A stretch of DNA of 32,000 nucleotides, from contig NC_008789.1 in the NCBI RefSeq assembly GCF_000015585.1, positions 1,350,001 to 1,382,000 on the forward strand. Direction: 5' to 3'. Made by a program: the position numbers and the translations under genes. The DNA comes from Halorhodospira halophila SL1 (GTDB lineage: Bacteria > Pseudomonadota > Gammaproteobacteria > Nitrococcales > Halorhodospiraceae). Positions within the stretch are counted from its first letter, which is position 1. Every line of letters starts with the position of its first letter. Under the pieces are notes generated by a model. That model was not told the DNA's origin. It worked only from the letters and a program-made list of their open reading frames with translations, and did no database searches. Below, piece by piece: positions 1 to 8,733 of this stretch.

Positions 1-2
1 GT

Positions 3-491
3 TCAGCGCTGCTGGCGCTGACGGACCTCGGCGATCAGTCCATCGGCAGCTTCCTGGATCAGGTCGAGGACGTGCTCAAAACCCCGCTCGCCACCGTAGT
101 AAGGATCCGGCACCTCCCGTTCACTGCGGTCGCGCGCGTAATCGAGGAATAGCCCGATCTTGTGGGCATGCTTCGGCGGGCAGTCGGCCTGCAGGATGCC
201 CAGATTGGCCTCATCCATCGCCAGGATCAGATCGTAGGCCTCGAAATCGTGACGCTCCACCTGCCGGGCGCGCAGATCGCTGATATCGATCCCCCGCCGC
301 TGCGCTGCCATCTGGGCGCGCTGGTCTGGACTCTTGCCGGTGTGGAAGTCGTGGGTACCCGCTGAATCGAGCTCTACCAGCTGCTCGATCCCCTCCTCGC
401 GCAGGCGTTGGCGCAGCACACCCTCCGCCGTTGGCGATCGACAGATATTGCCCATGCAGACGAGCAGCACACGCAGTTTGTCCTCGGACAT
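3..491 (-). CDS. Low-molecular-weight protein-tyrosine phosphatase (LMW-PTP family)
   Basis: The 162-aa ORF has the N-terminal CX5R P-loop 'VCMGNICRSP' and the C-terminal Asp loop 'VPDPYYGG'. The ATG is at 489-491, 12 nt downstream of the kdsB stop on the same strand. Confidence 0.9.
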   Translation of the reverse strand: MSEDKLRVLLVCMGNICRSPTAEGVLRQRLREEGIEQLVELDSAGTHDFHTGKSPDQRAQMAAQRRGIDISDLRARQVERHDFEAYDLILAMDEANLGILQADCPPKHAHKIGLFLDYARDRSEREVPDPYYGGERGFEHVLDLIQEAADGLIAEVRQRQQR

Positions 492-503
492 AACACCATT
501 TCC

Positions 504-1277
504 TTATCGGGTTGATTGCAGCCGCCGGGCTACCGCCTCGAGATCGGCCGGCGTATCGACACCCGGCCCCGGGCGCTGGTCGGTGGCGGCCACCTGGATC
601 GCGAAACCGTGCCATAGCGCTCGCAACTGTTCCAGAGACTCCAGCCGCTCTGGCGGAGCCGGCTCGAGCCCCGGGAAACGGCGAAGGAAGGCGGCCCGGT
701 AGGCGTAGAGTCCTAGGTGGCGGAGCCAGCCCCCCGCAGCGACGGCGCCATCATCGATCCCGTCGAAGCGGTCCCGGTCCCAGGGGACCGGCGCGCGGCT
801 GAAGTAGAGGGCGTGGTCACGGTGATCGCGCACTACCTTGACGACCGACGGTTCGAAGAGCTCGTCCGCGGCGGTGACCGGGGTCGCCAGAGTGGCAATG
901 GCCGCGTCCGGATCCGTATCGAGCCGCTCGGCCACCAGTGCGACCAGCTCCGGGGGCATCAGCGGCTCGTCGCCTTGCAGGTTCACCACGATAGCCTCGT
1001 CAACCAATGCCAGACGATCGACCACCTCGGCGATGCGATCGGTCCCCGTGGGATGGTCGGGGGCGGTCAGCAAGACCTCCGCCCCGAAATCGCGACAGGC
1101 CGACTCGATCCGCGCGTCGTCGGTCGCCACGACCACCCGGGCGGCGCCGCTCTCTACCGCGCGCCGGTAGACGTGCTGGACCACCGGCTCGCCGAGCAGA
1201 TCGGCCAGCGGCTTGCCCGGCAGCCGCGAGGCTCCGTACCGCGCCGGGATGACCACAGTGAATGCCGGCGTGCTCAT
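504..1277 (-). CDS. kdsB: 3-deoxy-manno-octulosonate cytidylyltransferase (CMP-KDO synthetase)
   Basis: The N-terminus 'FTVVIPARYGASRLPGKPL' and the motif 'VNLQGDEP' are typical of KdsB. I chose the internal ATG at 1277 (MSTPAF...) because it forms an ATGA overlap with the lpxK stop (1274-1276). The 21 extra residues in the ORF track (start 1340) have no family counterpart. Confidence 0.92.
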   Translation of the reverse strand: MSTPAFTVVIPARYGASRLPGKPLADLLGEPVVQHVYRRAVESGAARVVVATDDARIESACRDFGAEVLLTAPDHPTGTDRIAEVVDRLALVDEAIVVNLQGDEPLMPPELVALVAERLDTDPDAAIATLATPVTAADELFEPSVVKVVRDHRDHALYFSRAPVPWDRDRFDGIDDGAVAAGGWLRHLGLYAYRAAFLRRFPGLEPAPPERLESLEQLRALWHGFAIQVAATDQRPGPGVDTPADLEAVARRLQSTR

Positions 1278-2257
1278 ACCCGGCCCTCCCGGGCGTGCAG
1301 CCGAGTCAGCAGCCCGGACACCGCGGCAGTCAACTCGCATCCCGGTTCCAACTCGACAGGCAGGTACCAGAGCCGGTCCGCCTGCGGGAGATCACGGCAC
1401 TTCACCGCATCCTTCTCGGTCATGATGATCGGTCGCTCGTCAGCGAAGGAAAGATCCTGGGAGGAATAGGCGTGATGATCCGGGAAAACGTGGCGTTCCG
1501 CCACACCGATCCCGACCTCCTGCAGGGAGGCAAAGAACCGCTCGGGATGACCGATGCCGGCGACGGCGTGGGCTTCCCCGCCCGGCCAGGGCCGCTGGCT
1601 CCCGTCTACGGCCCGCGGTGCGCCCGGTTGCAGATGGAATACACAATCCCCTTCCGGGACCGCGTCCCCATTGACGGCGACGATATCCACGCCAGCCAGG
1701 CGCCCGATCGGCTCACGCAGTGGCCCGGCTGGCAGCAGTCGCCGATTGCCCAATCGTCGATGCGCGTCGAGGACCACGATCTCCGCGTCCCGGCGCATCC
1801 GGTAGTGCTGCAAGCCGTCGTCACTGACCACCACGTCGCAGCCGGCCTGGTAGGCAGCCTGGACGGTGGCCGGACGATCACTGCCGACGAACACCGGCAC
1901 AGCGCAGCGCCGGGCGAGCAGGAGCGGTTCATCCCCCGAGTCGGCCGGATCCGAGTCGGCGGTCACCGCCACCGGCCCCTTCCCCGCCCGGCCGCCGTAG
2001 CCACGGGCGACGATGGCTGGGTGCCACCCGTATTCACGCAGCTGGGTGACCAGCCACGCCACCAGGGGGGTCTTGCCGGTGCCGCCCACAAAAAGGTTGC
2101 CGACGACGATCACCGGCACCGGGGACGCCGGACGGTGCAACCAGCCGCGCTGATAAAGCCCCCGGCGCAGCACTACGCCCGCCCCGTAGAGGGCCGCGAG
2201 CGGGGCGAGCGCCCGCGCCGGCAGACCATCCTCAAGCCAGAACCCCGGGACTGACAC
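1274..2257 (-). CDS. lpxK: Tetraacyldisaccharide 4'-kinase
   Basis: The 327-aa ORF has the P-loop 'VGNLFVGGTGKTPLV' and the LpxK-like motif 'RGYG'. It starts with GTG at 2257, with GGAGG about 9 nt upstream, 4 nt after the msbA stop. Confidence 0.93.
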   Translation of the reverse strand: MSVPGFWLEDGLPARALAPLAALYGAGVVLRRGLYQRGWLHRPASPVPVIVVGNLFVGGTGKTPLVAWLVTQLREYGWHPAIVARGYGGRAGKGPVAVTADSDPADSGDEPLLLARRCAVPVFVGSDRPATVQAAYQAGCDVVVSDDGLQHYRMRRDAEIVVLDAHRRLGNRRLLPAGPLREPIGRLAGVDIVAVNGDAVPEGDCVFHLQPGAPRAVDGSQRPWPGGEAHAVAGIGHPERFFASLQEVGIGVAERHVFPDHHAYSSQDLSFADERPIIMTEKDAVKCRDLPQADRLWYLPVELEPGCELTAAVSGLLTRLHAREGRV

Positions 2258-2261
2258 CCGC

Positions 2262-4082
2262 CTACCCCTCCGACTGCGGCTCGGACCGGTCTTCGAACTG
2301 CATGCGGTAGAGGCCAGCGTAGCGCCCTCCCCGATCCAGCAGTTCGCGGTGCGTCCCGCGCTCGAGGATACGGCCGCCGTCCAGGAACAGGATCTGATCG
2401 GCGTTCTCCACGGTAGAGAGCCGGTGAGCGATCACGAAGCTGGTTCGCCCCTCCATCAGGCGTTCCAGCGCCCCCTGGATGTGCCGCTCGGACTCCGTAT
2501 CCAGTGCCGAGGTCGCCTCATCCAGGATCAGGATCGGCGCATCCTTGAGCACCGCCCGGGCGATGGCGATGCGCTGACGTTGCCCGCCAGAGAGCAACAC
2601 GCCGTCCTCGCCCACCTCGGTCTCGAAGCCCTGGGGCAAGGCCTCGATAAAGCCCGTGGCGTTGGCCGCGTCTGCCGCCGCTCGGACCTGCTCATCGCTC
2701 ACCGGACCCTGCGCGCCGAAACGGATGTTCTCCGCCACCGAGGCGTTAAACAGCATTACATTCTGCCCCACCATGGAGAATTGCCGGCGCAGGTCGGCGA
2801 GGCGGTACGCCTGCAACGGAACCCCGTCGAGGCGGATCTCGCCCTCGGTCGGCTCATAGAAGCGCGGCAGCAGGTTGACCAATGTCGTCTTACCACTGCC
2901 CGAGGGGCCCACCAGCGCCACCGTCTCGCCGGCCCGCACGTCCAGGTCGATCCCGCACAGGACCTCGCGGTCGCCACCGTACGAGAAACGCAGGCCTTCG
3001 AACTCGACGCGCCCCTCGGCCCGAGTGATGGTCCGGGAGCCGTGATCCGGCTCTTGCGGGGCATCGACGACATCGAAGATGCTCTGCGCCGCGGTCAGCC
3101 CCTTCTGGATCGTGGCGTTGACCGCGACCAGGGATTTGAGCGGCGGATTCAGCAGCAGAATGGCCCCGGCGAACGAAACGAAGGTACCGACGGTAATGGT
3201 CTCGACCACCGCATCGACGGTGACCAGGTAGATCACCACTGCCAGGGCAATGCCGGCCACCAGGCGGATCAGCGGCACCGAGGCGTACTTGGTGGCCATG
3301 AACTTCATGAACTGCTTGCGATTGCGCTCGTTGACGCGCTCGAATCGCTGCCGCTCGCGATCCGCCTGCCCGAACGCCTTGACCACCTGGTAGCCGTGGA
3401 CACTCTCCTCAGCCACACTGCCGACCCCGCCCACCGCGTGGTGGATGCGCTTGCTGATCTTGCGGAAACGCTTGGTGATGTAGGCGATGATCCCGCCCAC
3501 GACCGGCAGGACCCCGAGCACGATCAGCATCAGCCACGGCGAGAGGTAGGTCATATAGCCGAGCAGGAAGACCACCCGCGCGCCGTCCTGGATCAGGCTT
3601 AGAACCGCCCGCGTTACCGCACCGGCCACCTGCTCCGCTTCGTAGGTGAGCTTGGAGACCAGCCGTCCCGAGGACTGCTGATCAAAGACCCAGTTGGGCA
3701 TGACCAGCAGCCGATCGTGGACATCGAGCCGCAGCCGCTTGACCAGCTGCCGACCGATCCAGGTCATCAGGTAATGCGAGGTGAAGTGGGCAATCCCCTG
3801 GAAAACGATGAAGACGATCAGCAATAGGGCATAGAAGCGGATCGTGGCCGCATCCTGCTCCACGAAGCCGTCATCGAGCAGTGGCCGGATCAACGCCACC
3901 ACGCCGGTCTGCGTGCCAGCCAGCGCCAGCATCGCGAGGATCGCCACCACCCCCACCTTCCAGTGCGGCAGGACGTACCCGATAAACAGCCGGCGGAACG
4001 TCGGCCAGGTTCTGCGGTCCTGTTTGAGCGCCTGTGCGCCATCCGGTAAGGGCTGGCCGGGAGCCTGTGCTTGCGTACTCAA
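2262..4082 (-). CDS. msbA: Lipid A export permease/ATP-binding protein MsbA (ABC, fused TMD-NBD)
   Basis: The 606-aa ORF has an N-terminal six-TM-type domain, Walker A 'GPSGSGKTT', signature 'LSGGQRQR' and Walker B 'ILILDEATS'. The start codon is TTG (plus strand 'caa' at 4080-4082), preceded by AGGGAGA about 5 nt upstream. There is no in-frame ATG before the conserved 'TWPTFRRL' region. Confidence 0.93.
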   Translation of the reverse strand: MSTQAQAPGQPLPDGAQALKQDRRTWPTFRRLFIGYVLPHWKVGVVAILAMLALAGTQTGVVALIRPLLDDGFVEQDAATIRFYALLLIVFIVFQGIAHFTSHYLMTWIGRQLVKRLRLDVHDRLLVMPNWVFDQQSSGRLVSKLTYEAEQVAGAVTRAVLSLIQDGARVVFLLGYMTYLSPWLMLIVLGVLPVVGGIIAYITKRFRKISKRIHHAVGGVGSVAEESVHGYQVVKAFGQADRERQRFERVNERNRKQFMKFMATKYASVPLIRLVAGIALAVVIYLVTVDAVVETITVGTFVSFAGAILLLNPPLKSLVAVNATIQKGLTAAQSIFDVVDAPQEPDHGSRTITRAEGRVEFEGLRFSYGGDREVLCGIDLDVRAGETVALVGPSGSGKTTLVNLLPRFYEPTEGEIRLDGVPLQAYRLADLRRQFSMVGQNVMLFNASVAENIRFGAQGPVSDEQVRAAADAANATGFIEALPQGFETEVGEDGVLLSGGQRQRIAIARAVLKDAPILILDEATSALDTESERHIQGALERLMEGRTSFVIAHRLSTVENADQILFLDGGRILERGTHRELLDRGGRYAGLYRMQFEDRSEPQSEG

Positions 4083-4091
4083 ACCGTCTCC

Positions 4092-4514
4092 CTAAAGGTC
4101 GTCGGATCGGGTGGTGGCGATCGAAACGCGGTCGATGCCGACTCGGCCGGCGCCATCGAGGGCGCGAACCACCGCGCGATGCGGGGCATCGGCGTCGGCG
4201 CGCACGACGATACCGGCGACTTCGCCGGCCTCTAGGGCCTCCTCCAGCGCCCGGACCAGGGTGTTCATCTCCCGATTTACCAGCGGATTGCCGTCAACGA
4301 AATACTCGCCTTCGGCACTGATGCCGATCTCGAGCAGCTGAGGCTGGGCCTCTTCGGTCTCCTGCTCGGCCTCGGGCAGCGTGATATCGAGGCCGACCTG
4401 ATCGACGAACGTCGTGGTCACCATGAAGAAGATCAGCAACAGGAAGACGACGTCGATCAACGGCGTCAGATTGAGCTCCGGTTCGTCCCGGCGTTGCCGG
4501 CGCCGCAGGTTCAA
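4092..4514 (-). CDS. exbD: ExbD/TolR-family biopolymer transport protein
   Basis: The 140-aa ORF carries 'EPELNLTPLIDVVFLLLIFFMV', the canonical single-TM ExbD/TolR N-terminus with the conserved Asp. The TTG start forms a TTGA overlap with the exbB stop. Confidence 0.9.
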   Translation of the reverse strand: MNLRRRQRRDEPELNLTPLIDVVFLLLIFFMVTTTFVDQVGLDITLPEAEQETEEAQPQLLEIGISAEGEYFVDGNPLVNREMNTLVRALEEALEAGEVAGIVVRADADAPHRAVVRALDGAGRVGIDRVSIATTRSDDL

Positions 4515-5143
4515 GCGGCCCCCCGGGCTCGCTGTACCGGACGCTCAGGATCGCTGGCCTCGAGCAGAAGCATCGCCTCCTGCTCCATTTCGACTACCCG
4601 TTCGTCGACCAGGCCGCGCAGGTAGCGATACGCCATCAGCGCCGGGATGGCGATGGTCAACCCCGATGCGGTGGTGATCAGGGCCTCGGCGATCCCCCCC
4701 GAGAGGGCGGCCATATCACCCAGACCCTCGGCACTGATCGCCCCGAAGACCTTGATCATGCCGATCACGGTGCCCAGGAGCCCGAGCAGCGGGCTGATCG
4801 CCGCGATGGTGCCCAGCGTGTTCAGGTAGCGCTCGAGGCGGTGGGCTTCATGGCGGCCGGCATCCTCGATCGCCTCGGCCATGACACTGCGGCCGTGGTG
4901 CCGATTGGCCAGGCCGGCCGCCAGGATCCGACCGAGGGGCGAGCTCTCCTTGAGGGTCTCGAGATGGTGGGCCTCTAACTCGTGCTCCTGCGCCAGGCGC
5001 CAGGCCCGCCCGCGCAGCGGCTCCGGGAGGATGCGTCTCTGCTGCAGGGTCCAGAATCGCTCGATGATGATGGCCAGGGCCAGGACGGAACCGATGAGGA
5101 TCGGTATCATCAGCCAGCCACCGGCCTGGATGAGCTCAAGCAT
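4511..5143 (-). CDS. exbB: MotA/TolQ/ExbB proton-channel family protein
   Basis: The protein has a three-TM architecture with the C-terminal motif 'GLLGTVIGM...LSGGIAEALITTASGL'. I prefer the ATG at 5143 (GGGGAG 5 nt upstream) over the GTG at 5149 used by the ORF track. Confidence 0.9.
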   Translation of the reverse strand: MLELIQAGGWLMIPILIGSVLALAIIIERFWTLQQRRILPEPLRGRAWRLAQEHELEAHHLETLKESSPLGRILAAGLANRHHGRSVMAEAIEDAGRHEAHRLERYLNTLGTIAAISPLLGLLGTVIGMIKVFGAISAEGLGDMAALSGGIAEALITTASGLTIAIPALMAYRYLRGLVDERVVEMEQEAMLLLEASDPERPVQRARGAA

Positions 5144-5203
5144 GATCACTCCCCGGGTCGGTCAAGGCGCTCAGTCCGGAACGGGTGGGCGTGGCGGCGG
5201 ATT

Positions 5204-7336
5204 TTAAAGCATCCCGGGCGCCAACGCAGCCGGACTGGCCTGATGGTAAACCCGCCCCCTGCGCTGCAGCTCACTGTCTACCCGCCACGCATCGCCGTCT
5301 TCGATCAAAGTCAGCGCGCCCTGCTCGTCCGAACGCAACAAACGACCGTCCTTCAACTCAACCGCCGCACTGCACGCCTGGCGGTCCTCGTCACATCCGG
5401 CGGCGCCGACAACCAACCCCTTCGTGTCGTTCTCCAGGTCCGGTCGCAGCGATACGGTACCCGCCTCTCCCTCGACATCCAGGCCCCACTCTTCGTCGCC
5501 GAGGGGCGTCTCCTGCAGCGTCAGCCGCCCCAGGGACCACTCCGTCGCCTCGGCCGTCGTATCCTGTCCAGCCCCCCGCCACTCGGCATCGTCCCAACGC
5601 TGCCGCGCCTCGGCGACGGCGCCATCCCAGGGGGCCTGCTCGCGCGGCACCAGCCAGGCCTTGAGGGTCAGCCCCCGGGCTTCGAGAAACGGCTCGACAG
5701 CAACGCTCGCCGCGTCGAGCCCCCCTCCGGGACCCCCGCCGTAGACCACCGCTTGACGGCCATCGCAGGCCAGAGCGGTCAGACCTCCGCCGGTATCGAA
5801 GACCACCACGCGGCCGGAGGGACCGCCTCCGCTACTGCCGGGCCCCAGGAGCAACAACGCCAATAACGGCCCAGCCAGCCACCGCCCGGGCACGGCCCGA
5901 GGAGCCAGCACCAGAGCCACACCGACAGCGGCCAGCGCCACCGCTCCGACCGATGGGGTGGGCACCTCAACGGCACCGAGGAACTCGGCCAGCGCGCTGA
6001 GCACACGCATCAGCACCCCGAGGGCGGCATCCGCACCCTGCCACAACCCGCCGGACCACTCTGGCACCACGGGCTGGAGCGCGACTCCGGTCAGGATCAG
6101 GGGGACAACCGATACGCTGACCCAGGGCACGGCTACGAGATTGGCCAGCGGCGAGAGAAGCGGCAGGTGCCCGAACCAGACCGCAGTCGCTGGTAGCATG
6201 CCGACCCCCACCAGCACCTGGATCCGCAGCCATGGTAGGGGACCGCGCTGCATCGGGCGACCCGTTGTAGCTGCCAGGATGATCGCCACCGCCCCGAAGG
6301 AGAGCCAGAACCCCGCCCCCAGCGGCGCCCAGGGGTCGAGGGCGAGCACCGCGGCAGCCGCCACGGCGAGGCTGTGCCAGGGGCTTAACGGGCGGCGCAG
6401 CAGGAGCGCGCCGGCGAAGACCAGCACCATGAGCAGCGCGCGCTGAGTGGGTAGGGTGAAGCCGGCCAGGGCGGCATAACCGGCTGCAGCCAGCGCCCCG
6501 GCCAGGGTGCCGGCAATCAGGGCGGGAACCCGGCGAACCAGCGACGGAACCACACGCCAGAGTCCGCCGGCCAGCGTGCCGGCGAGGCCGGCAACCAGAC
6601 CGATATGCAGCCCCGAGATCGCTAGCAGGTGGGCCGTCCCGGTGACCGAAAGCACCTCCCACTGGTCATCGCCGATCCTATCGCGCACGGCCACGCCCAG
6701 CCCTTGGACCAAGCCCAGGTACCGCGAATCGCCGAGCCGCTCGGCCATGGCGTCGGCGATCCGAGTCCGCACGCTATCGATTCGCCAGCCGCCGGACAGG
6801 CGTTCGGCCTGCTCCGCTTCCCGCACATAGGCCGTCGCGCCGATCCGGCGTTGGAACAGCCACCGCTGGTAATCGAAGCCCTCCGGATTGAGGAATCCAT
6901 CGGGGGCGCGCAGGCGAAGGCACAGCTGCCAGCGCTCCCCCGGCGCTGGCTCCTCCGTCGCCCCATACCAATCCACGCGGATGCGTCGCGGCAATGGCTC
7001 CAGCAGCTCGCCATCGAGCACGCCGTCAGGCCGGAACTCGAAGCGAGCACGGTGACTCTCAATCTCAGGGACGGAAACGACCTGCCCTTCCAGGCAGGCG
7101 TCGGTGCCGTCATGGCTAGGGGCAAGTTCATGGGCCAAAAGCCAGCAGGCACTGAGCAGCGCCCAGGCGCAGCCTAGGAGCCCGGCAGCCGGCCAGCGCC
7201 AGCCGCGCGGGGCGAGCAGACCCCACACGACCCCGGAGGCGGCCACTGCTGCCACCGAGAAGGCCCCGGGGGGCTCCCGTAACACGCTCACGACCAGTAC
7301 GATTCCGGCCGCGAAGGCAAGCGATCCTGCTCGCAT
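5204..7336 (-). CDS. comEC: ComEC/Rec2-family DNA internalization channel protein with a degenerate C-terminal MBL-like domain
   Basis: The 710-aa polytopic membrane protein has an N-terminal OB/DUF4131-like segment ('RIRVDWYG...PEGFDYQRWL') and a competence domain ('GTAHLLAISGLHIGLV'). The C-terminal soluble domain aligns in position with the ComEC beta-lactamase-like domain but lacks HxHxDH. Confidence 0.88.
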   Translation of the reverse strand: MRAGSLAFAAGIVLVVSVLREPPGAFSVAAVAASGVVWGLLAPRGWRWPAAGLLGCAWALLSACWLLAHELAPSHDGTDACLEGQVVSVPEIESHRARFEFRPDGVLDGELLEPLPRRIRVDWYGATEEPAPGERWQLCLRLRAPDGFLNPEGFDYQRWLFQRRIGATAYVREAEQAERLSGGWRIDSVRTRIADAMAERLGDSRYLGLVQGLGVAVRDRIGDDQWEVLSVTGTAHLLAISGLHIGLVAGLAGTLAGGLWRVVPSLVRRVPALIAGTLAGALAAAGYAALAGFTLPTQRALLMVLVFAGALLLRRPLSPWHSLAVAAAAVLALDPWAPLGAGFWLSFGAVAIILAATTGRPMQRGPLPWLRIQVLVGVGMLPATAVWFGHLPLLSPLANLVAVPWVSVSVVPLILTGVALQPVVPEWSGGLWQGADAALGVLMRVLSALAEFLGAVEVPTPSVGAVALAAVGVALVLAPRAVPGRWLAGPLLALLLLGPGSSGGGPSGRVVVFDTGGGLTALACDGRQAVVYGGGPGGGLDAASVAVEPFLEARGLTLKAWLVPREQAPWDGAVAEARQRWDDAEWRGAGQDTTAEATEWSLGRLTLQETPLGDEEWGLDVEGEAGTVSLRPDLENDTKGLVVGAAGCDEDRQACSAAVELKDGRLLRSDEQGALTLIEDGDAWRVDSELQRRGRVYHQASPAALAPGML

Positions 7337-7459
7337 CAGCCATCCTTGGCATGTGCGCGGATAAGTGTCTTAGGGTCAGGCTAGCCGAGAACGGCCAAAA
7401 GATGCCAACCCATCCGTTCGAACGGCGGCCCAGGCGGTAGGTAGCATCGAGGAGCATCC

Positions 7460-8020
7460 ATGCGACGGTGGCTTAAAGGAGCGTTGCCGGATCTGCAGCG
7501 GCTCAAGCACCAGGGGCGATTCGCATTCCTGGGACGGCTGCTGGAGGACCCGTTCCTGTTCCATCTGAACCGCCGTTCGACCGCCGGTGGCGTGGCGATC
7601 GGGGTATTTGTCGCCTTCCTGCCCATTCCCCTGCAGATGCTGCTAGCCGCCGTGATCGCCATCCTGGTGCGCGTCAATCTGATCCTGGCCGTCATCCTGG
7701 TCTGGGTGAGCAACCCCCTGACCATGGGCCCAATGATCTACGCCAGCTACCGCACCGGCGCCTGGCTGCTTGGCGTCGAGTTCGAACCGATCGACTACGA
7801 CAATGCGTTCCAGTGGTTCCTGGGCAACCTCCACCAGGCGTGGCAGCCGGTGGTCACCGGGTCACTGGTGTTGGGGGTGATCGCCGGGGGCCTGACCTAC
7901 ATCGCCGTGTTATTGACGTGGCGCTACGCCGTCCACCGCGAGCGCCACCAGCGCCGCGTCCGCTTTGCCCACCGACGCCGAAGCACCGACGCGCAGGAGC
8001 AGCGTAGCGAGGAGTCTTAA
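7460..8020 (+). CDS. DUF2062 domain-containing membrane protein
   Basis: The stretch '[74 protein letters not shown]' matches my memory of the DUF2062 family consensus. GAGGAG lies 5 nt upstream of the ATG at 7460. Confidence 0.85.
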   Translation: MRRWLKGALPDLQRLKHQGRFAFLGRLLEDPFLFHLNRRSTAGGVAIGVFVAFLPIPLQMLLAAVIAILVRVNLILAVILVWVSNPLTMGPMIYASYRTGAWLLGVEFEPIDYDNAFQWFLGNLHQAWQPVVTGSLVLGVIAGGLTYIAVLLTWRYAVHRERHQRRVRFAHRRRSTDAQEQRSEES

Positions 8021-8733
8021 CTCGAGGCGGCCTCCGCCGCCTGGGCGCCCTGCCCTTGCAGGCAGCCATCCTCGAGCTTGTAGACGCGCTCGGTGCGGTG
8101 GGCCAGATCCAGGTCGTGGGTCACGAAGACCAGCGCGGTCCCGAACTCCTGGTTGAGGCTCTGCAGCATGCCGAAAACCCGCTCGGCGGTATGCCGGTCC
8201 AGGTTGCCGGTGGGCTCGTCGGCGAGGATGCACTGCGGTCGCGTCACCAGCGCCCGGGCAATGGCTACCCGCTGCCGCTCCCCGCCGGAGAGTTCCGACG
8301 GGCGATGGCTCATGCGCGCCTCCAGGCCGATGCGCGTCAGCAGCTCGGCCGCGGCCGTCCTGGCCTGTGCAGCCGACACCCGACGGATGAGCAGTGGCAT
8401 CGCGACGTTTTCCAGCGCGGTGAACTCCGGCAGCAGGTGGTGGAACTGGTAAACGAAGCCCAGGGCCTGGTTCCGCAGGCGCCCGCGCGCTGCCTGCTTC
8501 AGGGTGTAGATGCGCTCGCCGGCGACCTGCACCTCGCCCGCGGAGGGGGTATCGAGCCCCCCGAGGATGTGCAGCAAGGTGCTCTTGCCAGAACCGGACG
8601 GCCCCACCACGGCCACCTGCTCGCCGGCGCGCACGCTGAGATCCACCCCGCTGAGGACCTCAACCTCCTGTGGGCCCTCGCTGAAGTGTTTGGCCACCCG
8701 CCGACAATCGATGACCACCTCGGCCTCATTCAT
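8017..8733 (-). CDS. lolD: Lipoprotein-releasing system ATP-binding protein LolD
   Basis: The ORF has Walker A '[11 protein letters not shown]', signature '[15 protein letters not shown]' and Walker B '[11 protein letters not shown]'. It overlaps the stop of the upstream LolC/E-type permease gene by 8 nt. Confidence 0.9.
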   Translation of the reverse strand: MNEAEVVIDCRRVAKHFSEGPQEVEVLSGVDLSVRAGEQVAVVGPSGSGKSTLLHILGGLDTPSAGEVQVAGERIYTLKQAARGRLRNQALGFVYQFHHLLPEFTALENVAMPLLIRRVSAAQARTAAAELLTRIGLEARMSHRPSELSGGERQRVAIARALVTRPQCILADEPTGNLDRHTAERVFGMLQSLNQEFGTALVFVTHDLDLAHRTERVYKLEDGCLQGQGAQAAEAASS

